A stretch of 64,000 nucleotides of DNA. Origin: Salpingoeca rosetta (lineage: Eukaryota > Protista > Choanoflagellata). Below, in pieces: positions 13,784-25,719 of this stretch; position 1 is the first letter of the stretch, and the number at the start of each line of letters is the position of its first letter. A model generated the notes under the pieces. The model searched no databases. It saw nothing but the letters and a program-made list of their open reading frames with translations, and had not been told where the DNA came from. A program made the translations under genes and the position numbers. The stretch lies in contig JAWQFM010000025.1 of NCBI GenBank assembly GCA_033442325.1, positions 36,635-100,634 on the forward strand, written 5' to 3'.

Positions 13784-16700
13784 ATGGGTGACACCCACAG
13801 CAAGGCAGAGGGAGAGGAGAGGGCGAGGGAGGAGGTGGAGGCCTTGCTGGCACAGACGAAGCTGAGGGGTGAGGTGAAGGACAAGATCAGGGCCATCGCC
13901 AACAACACGGGTGGGGATAAAGTGAGGTGAGTGCATTACCAGAACGCCACATTGCCCTGTTGGAGTACAAAGCGCACTCTGCATGTACCGCTCTCTGCTT
14001 GCCTTGCTGCTGAGGGTTTTTGTGTGGCGCAACCACGATAGCCATGGTGGTCTGTGACTTGTTTGCCTGCTTGTCTCTTGTTCTTGGCGCACATTGAATG
14101 GCAGCTTTTGGCGGGATCGCCTCGGCGTCAGTGGGGCGAAGGCATTGGCAGAGGCGCTCAAGGACAACACCTGTCTCAGAGTGCTCAAGTTCGTACCGTG
14201 GTGATTGAGCTGCGCGTGGCATGCAGTTCTGGTGGGGCTGCTTCATGCTGGTTGTTGGCCGCCCCCTTCTCCTCTTTGCGTGCTCGTGGCATGTGTTTTA
14301 ACCGCCCCCTTTCGGTCTTGGCAGCCTGTGGGACAACGTCATCGGTAATGAGGGCACTGTGGCGTTGGCAAAGATGCTGAAGCACAACACGACCTTGACA
14401 TCACTCGAGTGAGTGTGGACACATGCATGTGTGGATGGAAATGGGCTGCGTCACTGTCGTTGTGTAATGCCCTGTGATTCGCGAATGCCCGTGTATGGGG
14501 GTGGGTTCAAGGACAATGCTTCCACCCACCCACAGCCACGCACATGCACTCACCCTTCCTTGTCCATGTGGCATCATCGCCTTGTGTGGCATCATACCAT
14601 TTTGACAGCCTGAAAAGCAGCCGCATCGGTCCTGTGGGCGCTGTGGCGTTGGCAAAGATGCTGAAGCACAACACGACCATGGCAACACTCATGTGAGTGT
14701 GGACACATGCATGTGTGGATGGAAATGGGCTGCGTCACTGCCGTTGCACAATGCCCTGTGTTGTGGGTGTGGGAATGTGCGTGTGTGGTAGGTTGGGTTG
14801 GACGACTGTGTTACCGCCCACAACCACGCACACGCTCTCATTCCCTCTTCCTCACCCATGTGACAACATCACCCTGCGTGGCATCATCCCTTCTCGACAG
14901 CCTGGACAACAATGATATCGGTTCTGAGGGTGCTGTGGCGTTGGCAAAGATGCTGAAGCACAACACGACCATGGCAACACTCATGTGAGTGTGGACACAT
15001 GCATGTGTGGATGGAAATGGGCTGCGTCACTGTCGTTGTGTAATGCCCTATGATTCACGAATGCCCGTGTATGGGGGTGGGTTCAAGGACAATGCTTCCA
15101 CCCACCCACAGCCACGCACGTGCACTCACCCTTCCTTGTCCATGTGGCATCATCGCCCTGTGTGGCATCATACCATTTTGACAGCCTGAAAAGCAGCCGC
15201 ATCGGTCCTGTGGGCGCTGTGGCGTTGGCAAAGACACTGCAGCACAACACGACCATAACATCACTCGAGTGAGTGTGGACACATGCATGTGTGGATGGAA
15301 ATGGGCTGCGTCACTATGATTCGCGAATGCCCGTGTATGGGGGTGGGTTCGAGGACAATGCTTCCACCCACCCACAGCCACGCACATGCACTCACCCTTC
15401 CTTGTCCATGTGGCATCATCGCCTTGTGTGGCATCATACCATTTTGACAGCCTGAAAAGCAACCGCATCGGTCCTGGGGGTGCTGTGGCGTTGGCAAAGA
15501 TGCTGAAGCACAACACGGCCATGACGACACTCATGTGAGTGTGGACACATGCATGTATGGATGGAAATGGGCTGCCTCACGTTGCACGTTAATGGCGTGC
15601 CGTGGGTGTGCGAATACACATGCGTGGTGGGGTGGGTTCAAGGACAATGCTTCCATCCACCCACAGCCACGTACACGCACTCACTCACTCTTCCTCACCC
15701 ATGTGGCATCATCGCCCTGCGTGGCATCATCCCTTCTCGACAGCCTGGACAACAATGATATCGGTTCTGAGGGTGCTGTGGCGTTGGCAAAGATGCTGAA
15801 GCACAACACGACCTTGACATCACTCGAGTGAGTGTGGACACGTGCATGTGTGGATGGAAATGGGCTGCGTCACTGTCGTTGTGTAATGCCCTGTGATTCG
15901 CGAATGCCCGTGTATGGGGGTGGGTTCAAGGACAATGCTTCCACCCACCCACAGCCACGCACATGCACTCACCCTTCCTTGTCCATGTGGCATCATCGCC
16001 TTGTGTGGCATCGTACCATTTTGACAGCCTGAAAAGCAGCCGCATCGGTCCTGTGGGCGCTGTGGCGTTGGCAAAGATGCTGAAGCACAACACGGCCATG
16101 ACGACACTCGAGTGAGTGTGAACACACATGCACATATGGATGGGAATGCGCTACTTCGCTACCGTTGCACCTTGTCACGTGTTGTGGGTGTGCGAATGCA
16201 CATGTGTGGTTGGTGATCTCAACGACAATGCTTCCATCCACCCACAGCCACGTACACGCACTCACTCACTCTTCCTCACCCATGTGGCATCATCGCCCTG
16301 CGTGGCATCATCCCTTCTCGACAGCCTGGACAACAATGATATCGGTTCTGAGGGTGCTGTGGCGTTGGCAAAGATGCTGAAGCACAACACGACCATAACA
16401 TCACTCGAGTGAGTGTGGACACATGCATGTGGATGGAAATGGGCTGCGTTTCTGCAATTGCACTTTTATCCCGTGCTGTGATGTGTGTGTGCGCATGCAT
16501 GTGTGTGGTGGGGTGGGTTCAACGACTGTGTTGCCACCCACAGCGATCATCACGCACTCGCGCACTCTTCCTCGCCCATGTGGCATCATCGCCCTGTGTG
16601 GCATCATGCCATCTTGACAGGCTGTACAACAACAATATCGGCAATAAGGGCGCTGTGGCGTTGGCAAAGATGCTGAAGCACAACACGACCATGACAACGC

Positions 16701-19700
16701 TCAAGTACCTTAAGTACGCGTATGTGGGCACATGCATAACAATCGATAGAGAGGGAAAATGCGCGGCGTCACTGCCGTGCTATCATTGCTGCCGTCCGGA
16801 CATGTTGCAAACAAGTAGGGCGTATTCCTACTAACTCAAAGCTATCCTGTTCTTCCTGTTGCCAACTTACCTGTTGTTCCATCTCATCTAACAGCGTTTC
16901 CCACAATCATATCACGGAGCCTGGCATGGTGAATGTGCTGAAGCAGCTGCAAGGCATGGATGCCCAAGCCAAGATTCGGTGAGGTCTCGTGTGCTTGCGA
17001 CCTTGCTCCACCCACACGTACCAGCTCAACTTCAGGCGACGCTCTTTCATCTCACATTCCCTCTTTACCGCATCACAGGCTGTTCGAGTTCAAGCTCGAG
17101 TCCTCCACCTCCGTCGCCCGCACACTGGCCACGCTCCGCACCAAGCGCCCGGACATCAACGTCGTGTTCAGCAAGTGGTGAGTTCTCACAGCAGTAGAGT
17201 GGAGTGACAGGCTTGTTCTTACTTTAAAACCCCTCCCCACCCCATCTTCTTTCCACCCTTCACGCTGCAGCCTTCTTCTCCTCAGGTATTTCGAAACAGA
17301 GGACGAGTTCGACTCTTCCGCCAAAGCTGCCTACCAAGACCAGCTCGATCTCCTGAAGCTGCTTGAGACAGGCTCCGTTCCTCTGGAGACAGCAAAAGTG
17401 TTTGTGTGCGGCGATTACGGCATCGGCAAGACGACGATGATCAAGTCGCTGGACAGTGATGATCATGAACCCCAAAGTCAGGCAGAGCAGCCACCCAACG
17501 ACCCAGATCGGCCGGATGAGCGCACACCTGGCATCCGCGTGTGTGACATGAAGCTTCAAGACACCACAAGCCAAGGCAACGAAGGTGGCAACGCTGCATC
17601 TCTTCGCGTGTACGATTTCGGCGGGCAGCTCGCATATAACGCCATCCACACGCTGATGATGTCGGACCGCTTCGCTGCCTTTGTCGTCTGCGTCGACCTC
17701 TCCCAACCAGAACAGCACGTGAAGGATCGCGCCAGCTACTGGCTGCAGTTCATCTGCACGCGACTGAAGCAGGGCATTGCGGCTGCCACAGCAACGGCAG
17801 GCGTTGATGCCATGGAAGAGGTGAAGCCGCGCGTCGTCATCGTGGGCACCAAAAGGGATATTGCTCGCAAGATAGGGCTTGTTGGAGCACATTGGCAGCC
17901 CACTTGGAGCACAGCGATGATCGCATACCTGCAGCACACCTTCGGCCACATCATCGACATCCAAGACAGCCTCATATCTCTCAACTGCCATCAGGGAGGG
18001 GATGCGGGCTTTGATCAGCTGCAAGCCCACTTGGTCCAGCACTGGCGGTGGCTGAAATCACTCGAGATGCTGGTGCCAAAGGTGGTGGGGATTGTTGGCC
18101 CGAGCATTGAGTCCGCTCGGCAACAACACCCAAGTTGGACGGTGTCTGAACTCCTGGAGTACATCCGACGCAGTAGCAGTGATGAATTCGCCCCCACGTC
18201 TGCATTGGACGAAGGCGTATTCCATCGCATTCTCAGGTGCGGTTGTCTGGCGGAGAGTGAGGGAGGACTTGTTGCCTGCTTCAGCCTCGATGTGTTCCTT
18301 TGACTGCGTTGTTCGCTGCACCTCACACTCAAGCACATTCCTTGTTCACAGATACCTCCACTCCCGCGGTGATCTTCTCTGGTACTCTAATACGCCATCT
18401 TTGGCCAACCACGTCTTCGTTTCCCCAAACTGGCTCTTGCACGATGTGATGGGCAAGGCGTTGCAGCCAGAGGGCGTGGCTTGTGGAGGCCTCCGACCAG
18501 AGAACGGGGTTGTCACCTTCAGTGATATCGAAGCATCTTTCCGCGGCATCGCCAGCGCTGACCTCGTCATCAACGTGCTGCAACACGCCCTCCTTTGCTT
18601 TGAGCTGCCACCTGCTGACGATGGCCAACGACGATTCATGCTGCCGAGTCGCGTGGAGCGCTTGGTTGGCGTTGGTGACGCCTGGCCACATGACGAGTGG
18701 CCTCTTTATGCCGGGCGGCGCATGGTGGTTGAGGACGAAGCATTGGCTCTTTGGCGCTCCCGCCTGGGTTCTTCCCGCACGTGCAAACACGACTCCACGA
18801 GTCGTTTGGAACTACACTGCAAGTGTGGCAAAACGCCTTCTTCTGCCAGCGCGATGGCGTGCAATGCCTTGGGCTGCTCCGAGGCGGCCGTGAAGTTGAC
18901 GTGTGGGTCCGAGCACTCGCTGGCGCCGAGTGCAACGCCTGGAGCTGCATGACGCAGGTGAGGACTCGTGAAAACTTATGAGCGTGGGTGCCATGTTCCT
19001 GTGTCTTTGTGGATTGATGCCTTTGCCGAACACAGCTGCTTGAACCATTAGCCATCTGGTGTACTCATCCACTTGCTTGTTTCTTGTTTGTTCTCCTGCC
19101 ATGCCGCCGCAGGTCTTCGATTTGCTGCAGGAAGAGGCGCATGGCATCGACCACGTAATCCTTGTGCTCAGTGCCAATCACTTGAAGCAGCACAAGCAGT
19201 ATCCAGCCGGGTATGACATTACTTCGCTCCACAACAAGCGTGCGAGCGATATTGTGACGTCCACCCACCACAGACCAGGCTGCTCCGTCATGGAACGTGT
19301 TGGGGATCTGCTTGTGCACAATCCCGTCCTGACAGCACCCTGGCACCAATCTGGCCACGAGTGGCACCATGCTGCCTGGCGGCTCGACGACAGCTTTGAC
19401 CGCCAGTTGCAGTGGACTGGGCCTGGCAATCATGACGTGTACTCTGCGCCACTGCCAGCCGACACCGACTTGTATCGGTGGATAGAGAACCAGATGGGAC
19501 TGGGCCTCACCCTGTCACGCGTGGAGGTGACCAAGTCCACCACAATGCTGCGGGCGTTCAAAGCGCAAGTGGAGCGGTCGGCGACGCGCCGTGGCAGTGC
19601 AAACCCGTCCAACCCCTTCAACAAGGACTTTGGGGCTGGTGATCCGGACAAGCGCGCCATGCTCGACCGACTTAAGACGCAGTTTGCAGAAACACCCGGT

Positions 19701-20249
19701 GACGTGAACCACGTCAGCGTGCTGATTGGTTTCCACGGGTGTGCTGAAGACGTGGCTGACAACATCACGGCCACGGGCACCACCAACCTCAGCAGTCCAG
19801 AGGATCCAGGTTTCTTCGGCGCTGGTATCTACCTCACACCGCAAGCTAACTATGCTGCCGGGTACTCGACACGCCTGCTCACTGGCCACTGGCGTGCACC
19901 CAACACAGACGGGGAGCACTTGATGCTCCTCTGCGCTGTCAGTGTCGGCCTGGCGTACCCCGTCACCAGGAGGGCGGACTACACTGGGAAGATGCCGCCC
20001 CTCTGGGACGCCACAAACAACATGCTCATCCCAACATGTGATTTCTTTGGTAAGCCCTTGCACAGAGGATGCGACACCCACTATGCGCAGGTGACGAAAA
20101 GCATGCATTACCAAGCCACCCCCACACCTGGCACCCTTGGCTTTGAGGAGTACGTCGTGTCGCAGGAGGCACAGGTCCTCCCGTTTGCCAAGGTGTTTGT
20201 GAATGTTGACATGAACGCGTATTTGTCGCACTTGTCGACCCTGCCATGA
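13784..20249 (+). CDS. LRR-ROC-COR (Roco-like) GTPase fused to a C-terminal PARP-like ADP-ribosyltransferase; frameshift in COR (possible pseudogene or assembly error)
   Basis: Exon 1 13784-13926; eleven 84-nt LRR exons 14105-16978; exon 17079-17177; ROC exon 17286-18236 (GDYGIGKT, ERTPGI, VYDFGGQ, IVGTKRD); COR exon 18352-18957 (YLHSRGDLLWY, PNWL, LPPGFF) with an 8-nt insertion at 18743-18750; last exon 19113-20249 (FHG, FGAGIYLT, FEEYVV). Confidence 0.85.
14325..16704 (+). repeat. Tandem array of ~270-300 bp intron plus LRR-exon cassettes
   Basis: Exons at 14325, 14609, 14901, 15185, 15451, 15744, 16028, 16325 and 16621 are each 84 nt and share CTGTGGCGTTGGCAAAGA...CACAACAC. Introns are highly similar, most starting GTGAGTGTGGACACATGCATG. 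Confidence 0.95.
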
Positions 20250-20562
20250 ACACAAGAGTGTAGATGTTCACAAGTGTGCCTGTTGTGTTGACAGCTTTTG
20301 TTTTGGCCGATTGTGTTTTGTGTGCTTTGTGTTTTGTGTGTGTGTGTGTGTTTGTTTGCGTGTATGTGTGTGTGTGAGCGTGTGTATTTGTGCGTGCTTT
20401 TCAAGTTGGCTTTGTTCTTTTTCAATCGTTCCTTCCTGCTTAGCGCCTTATCTCAGCCAATCATACAGTTCTCTCCCGTGACACAGACTGAGGAAACGGT
20501 TGTCCTGTTACAAGTGAAACGTTCATTCGCATCAAGTCCACGATTGAGTGAAAAAGCGACTC

Positions 20563-20748
20563 GACACAACACAACACCACACAACACAACACAACACAAC
20601 ACAACACAACACAACACAACACAACACAACACAACACAACACAACAATACACAACACAACACAACACAACACAACACAACACAACAATACACAACACACC
20701 ACACCACACCACACCACACCACAACACAACACAACACAACACAACACA
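20563..20748. repeat. (ACACA)n pentanucleotide microsatellite between convergent genes
   Basis: Directly visible. Confidence 0.95.
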
Positions 20749-20807
20749 CGGTAACTCGCAGCGCGCAACCCCTCCCCCTTGCTTGAATCCCCCCCCCCTT
20801 CCTCGAA

Positions 20808-22184
20808 TCAAGCGAGAGCGCGGACCAGGCGCCACACCCCACATGCAACACCGGCCACAAGCGCAGCGAGTGTTGTGGTAGCTGTGACGGCAGAGACGCG
20901 CGGGTGGACGACGGCGAAACGGAAGACCGCAAACGTTGTATCGCGCAGGAAGAGGCCGGTCTTGGACGTGGTGTGGAGCACCTGGATGGTACTGCGTTGT
21001 CGCTGCACAACCTTGTTCCACTTCGGAGCTGTTTGCTCGAAGAACTGCAGCAGGACGCATGGTATGTCGTGTGGCACTCCAAAACCTTCGTGTGGTGTGA
21101 GTGCATCCGAGAGCATGTCTGCGAGCTGAACGGCGTCAACCAGTGCCATGTTGGCACCGGCTCCAGCAAACGGGCTGACGGGGTGGCTTGCATCGCCTAT
21201 GAAGACAACGCGGCCTTGCGGGGGGATGCACATGCCGTCGCGACACGTGATCACACTTGCGGAAGGTGCAAGCAGCGCCTTGGCGATCAGCGGCTGCAGC
21301 TCATCACCGTACTCCGTCGCAGCGTCCAGTGCACGGGCCAGGAGCGCCTTGTCATGTTGCAGGGCGTCGCGTCGACACCTCGTGGTGTGTGAAGTGGGGA
21401 GAGCAAGGCCGACCAAGACGCGGTTGTTGCCCTCATCAGCAATAAACACGGACGTGCCTCTGCGGCCGCACACGCTGCCATGTCTGCGGCGAAGCGCAGA
21501 AGGGAGGGCTGCATCGGTGTCATCAACGTCCACCGTGGCACCAACAATGATGGTGTCGAGGAAGTTCGGTGTCCAGGTCGGCACAAGGATACGACGCACC
21601 ACAGAACCCACGCCATCTGCCGCCACAAGCACGTCACCTCGAAGTATTGGGCCATCCGCCAACGTTACCTCCACACAATGCTGTGTGGTTGATGTCACGC
21701 CACTCTCGCCGCGGTGGTCCTTGAGATCAATCTGTTGTAATCCGGTCACCTCTGCACCAAACCGCACGTCTGCGCCGAGTGCTTGAGCTCGCTTTAGCAG
21801 CGCTTGCCAGAGGACGAATCGGTTGATGCGGATGCCACCACCTGCGTTGCTGAACACCTCATCCGAAGCAAGCACCTTGCGCACTTGCCGGTCCACCACC
21901 TCAGCCACAATGAAGCCCTGTGAGCCTGTTGCTGACGCACGCAATTCCTCCTCCTGCCCAAGGCGTGCGACCGCACGGATACCACCCACATCTGCGCGCA
22001 ACGACAGCGAGTGGCTCAGTTGTGTCTTCATTGCCTCTGCGGATGATGCCCGCTCCAACACTACCACCCGTGTGCCGTGTGCCTCCTGATGGGTGTTCTG
22101 TGTGCTCTTTTCTTCAAGAAGCGTGCAGGCAAACGCGAGGCCGCCGATGCCACCCCCAGCGACAAGGATCGTGACCATGGTCAT
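20808..22184 (-). CDS. FAD-dependent monooxygenase (group A, aromatic hydroxylase-like), intronless, C-terminal hydrophobic anchor
   Basis: Rossmann ILVAGGGIGG, DG motif VLVAADGVGSVVR, GD motif VFIGDASHPVSPFAGAGANMALVDA; 458-aa uninterrupted ORF. Confidence 0.9.
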   Translation of the reverse strand: MTMVTILVAGGGIGGLAFACTLLEEKSTQNTHQEAHGTRVVVLERASSAEAMKTQLSHSLSLRADVGGIRAVARLGQEEELRASATGSQGFIVAEVVDRQVRKVLASDEVFSNAGGGIRINRFVLWQALLKRAQALGADVRFGAEVTGLQQIDLKDHRGESGVTSTTQHCVEVTLADGPILRGDVLVAADGVGSVVRRILVPTWTPNFLDTIIVGATVDVDDTDAALPSALRRRHGSVCGRRGTSVFIADEGNNRVLVGLALPTSHTTRCRRDALQHDKALLARALDAATEYGDELQPLIAKALLAPSASVITCRDGMCIPPQGRVVFIGDASHPVSPFAGAGANMALVDAVQLADMLSDALTPHEGFGVPHDIPCVLLQFFEQTAPKWNKVVQRQRSTIQVLHTTSKTGLFLRDTTFAVFRFAVVHPRVSAVTATTTLAALVAGVACGVWRLVRALA

Positions 22185-22406
22185 GAGCGTCGACGGTTGT
22201 CTGTTGTTTGTCTTGCTTGCTGGCTGACTCGCCTGCCTTACTCTCCCTTGCTGCTTGGTTGGAGGGAGGGAGGGCCAGTTGCTTGACTGCTTGCAGGGAG
22301 TTGCACTGTGGTCCTATCTAATATGGTCTGCTGGTGTTGCTCGTCGTCTTCGCTGGCGAAACTGCAGAAAATTAGTTGAAATTGTTCACAAATTCTCCAC
22401 AGTGGA

Positions 22407-22413
22407 GTTGCCA
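22407..22413 (+). promoter_or_regulatory. Candidate RFX/X-box half-site (GTTGCCA) upstream of ciliary gene
   Basis: About 70 bp before the CFAP100-like ATG in a ~300-bp divergent intergenic region. The 7-mer also occurs elsewhere in the window. Confidence 0.3.
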
Positions 22414-22479
22414 AGGCCGACACCAAGCGAGCGAGAGAGTGAGACAACAGACAACAAAAGCACACCGCACACCGCACAC

Positions 22480-22697
22480 ATGTCGCACTACAGCTCACCG
22501 TCCCGACAAGGGGCGGAGTCTGCGTCCAATCCATTCACAGCCACGTCCGAGGATGACATTGAATCTTACAGGCAACGCATGGTGGAGGAGAAGCACCTGG
22601 TATGTTGATGTTCGTGAGTGTTTGCGTGTGTGTGTGTTTGCGTGACTGTTGGTGTGTACTTGTGTTTCATGTGTGTGTGTTTGCGTGTGCGTTTGTT

Positions 22698-22737
<40 letters not shown>

Positions 22738-22753
22738 ACACACACACACACAT

Positions 22754-22813
<60 letters not shown>

Positions 22814-23138
22814 ACACGCACACACACACTCTCCACCTCTCCCCCTCACGATGATCAAATTACCACAACAGGAGCGGGAGCGGCAGAAGCAGCTGCCGTT
22901 GCATCAGAGAGGAAAAGCCGTGTTGCGACACCCGCGCCTGGCGCTGCGGGAAGAGCTGGACAACGATGACGATGACGACGACGGCCCGCAGTCCCTCAAG
23001 GATTTGTCAGAGCAGCGCCGCAAGGACCGCCTCGGCGAAGCATTGGATCAGCTCGCCATCACCACCAGAGGTTTGTCCTTTGTGTGCGTGTGTGTGTGTG
23101 TGCGTGCGTGTGCGCATGTTTGTTTGTGTGCGTGCGTG

Positions 23139-23179
<41 letters not shown>

Positions 23180-24287
23180 ATGTTTGTTTGTGTGCGTGTG
23201 TGTATGTGTGTGTGTGTGTGTGCGCGTGCGCGCGTGCTTATGTGTGTGTTCTCTTTCGTGCCATTTCTTCCTCACCTCCCCGTCGCCCATGTGCCACTCA
23301 CTCACCCCTACTTCTACCCACCTTGTTCTAACGGCAGACCGGCGCGTGGAGCAGCAGCAGCTGAGCGACTACGTGTCGAAGAAACGTGAGCTGTTCTTGA
23401 TCAAGTACTCGCTGGATGTCAAGCGGGACGAAATGCACAAACTCGAACAGAAGGCCCGCGAAGAGGAGCAGAAAGTTGAGGTGTGTACATGTGTGTATAT
23501 GTATGTGTGTGTGTGCGTGTACGTGGGCGAGGGCTTCCTTCACTGCCGTTGTCCTTGCTCGTGTGGAATACGCTATGGCTTTGCTCGTGTGGACTGCGCT
23601 ATTCCTTCTTGTATGTCAGGGTGAGACGTGATCGCGCCACTTGCTTGCACCCCATCCCGCCCTCAACACCACTATGTGCAACCACCTCTACCCCCTCCCT
23701 CCTTACGTCCCCCTTCCCCCCCCCCCAAAACAACAGGAAGCGGAGAAGTGGCTCGAGGCAGACGCGACCAAGTTTGATCAGTTCCTTCGCGAGAACGACC
23801 GGCGCGCGGTGGAGGCGATCAAGCACGCGGAGGCGGCGTCGCACCGCAAGCAGGAGCGCGCAGCAGAGATCAAGAAGATCCAGGTCGGGACATGAGGCGT
23901 GTGCGTGTGCAGTGTGCGTGTGTGCGTGTGCATATGTGTGTGTGTGTGTGTGTGCATGCAGTGTGTGTGCAGTGTGCGTGTGTGTGTGTGTTTGTCGTGC
24001 GTGTGTGCGTGTATATGTGTGTGTGCGTGTGTGTGTTTGTGTGTGTGTGTGTGTATTGGGGATCTTCACCCTTTACTGTATGTCTCATCACCTCTCACCA
24101 AGCACCACTCTCCCTCCCTTTCTTCTCCGTGTTCTCTGTGATGCAGGCGGAGGTGATGGCGCTGAGCAGCGACGTGACGAAACAGGGCGACAAAATTGCA
24201 GAACTCCGCGCATTCAGAGACTTCTTAGAGGAGCTCTCCCCGGAGGTGGGGCGTGACACCTGTGTGAGAACGCGTACGAATGTGTTA

Positions 24288-24324
<37 letters not shown>

Positions 24325-25625
24325 TGAGTGAGTGTACGTGTGTACGTGTGTCTGTGTCTGTGTCTGTGCCCGTCTCTCTGTCCCTCACCCCTCCCCCCCC
24401 CACACACACCACCCCATCCTCCCCCCCTTCCAGGACTGGGCGTCGTCGTTGGCGAAGAAGAGGAACGATGCTCGCCGCGCCATCCTGAAGGCGTCTNNNN
24501 NNNNNNNNNNNNNNNNNNNNNNNNNNNNNNNNNNNNNNNNNNNNNNNNNNNNNNNNNNNNNNNNNNNNNNNNNNNNNNNNNNNNNNNNNNNNNNNNNNNN
24601 NNNNNNNNNNNNNNNNNNNNNNNNNNNNNNNNNNNNNNNNNNNNNNNNNNNNNNNNNNNNNNNNNNNNNNNNNNNNNNNNNNNNNNNNNNNNNNNNNNNN
24701 NNNNNNNNNNNNNNNNNNNNNNNNNNNNNNNNNNNNNNNNNNNNNNNNNNNNNNNNNNNNNNNNNNNNNNNNNNNNNNNNNNNNNNNNNNNNNNNNNNNN
24801 NNNNNNNNNNNNNNNNNNNNNNNNNNNNNNNNNNNNNNNNNNNNNNNNNNNNNNNNNNNNNNNNNNNNNNNNNNNNNNNNNNNNNNNNNNNNNNNNNNNN
24901 NNNNNNNNNNNNNNNNNNNNNNNNNNNNNNNNNNNNNNNNNNNNNNNNNNNNNNNNNNNNNNNNNNNNNNNNNNNNNNNNNNNNNNNNNNNNNNNNNNNN
25001 NNNNNNNNNNNNNNNNNNNNNNNNNNNNNNNNNNNNNNNNNNNNNNNNNNNNNNNNNNNNNNNNNNNNNNNNNNNNNNNNNNNNNNNNNNNNNNNNNNNN
25101 NNNNNNNNNNNNNNNNNNNNNNNNNNNNNNNNNNNNNNNNNNNNNNNNNNNNNNNNNNNNNNNNNNNNNNNNNNNNNNNNNNNNNNNNNNNNNNNNNNNN
25201 NNNNNNNNNNNNNNNNNNNNNNNNNNNNNNNNNNNNNNNNNNNNNNNNNNNNNNNNNNNNNNNNNNNNNNNNNNNNNNNNNNNNNNNNNNNNNNNNNNNN
25301 NNNNNNNNNNNNNNNNNNNNNNNNNNNNNNNNNNNNNNNNNNNNNNNNNNNNNNNNNNNNNNNNNNNNNNNNNNNNNNNNNNNNNNNNNNNNNNNNNNNN
25401 NNNNNNNNNNNNNNNNNNNNAGTCTGCTCCAGCAACCACAACACACACACATGCACTTACACACACACGCACACTCATACATGCACTCACACATGCACTC
25501 ACGCACACTCATACATGCACTCACACATGCACTCACACACACACATGCACTCACACACATGCACTTACACACACACGCACACTCATACATGCACTCACAC
25601 ATGCGCTCACACACTCACACATGCA

Positions 25626-25719
<94 letters not shown>

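Noticed and set aside
13784-13804. MGDTHSK as N-myristoylation signal of the Roco protein
   Set aside because: Gly2/Ser6/Lys7 fit, but Asp at position 3 is disfavoured; not supportable.
14325-16704. Regularly spaced direct repeats resembling a CRISPR array
   Set aside because: The repeats are 84-nt spliced LRR exons with GT-AG boundaries. The spacers are mutually homologous introns and there are no cas genes.
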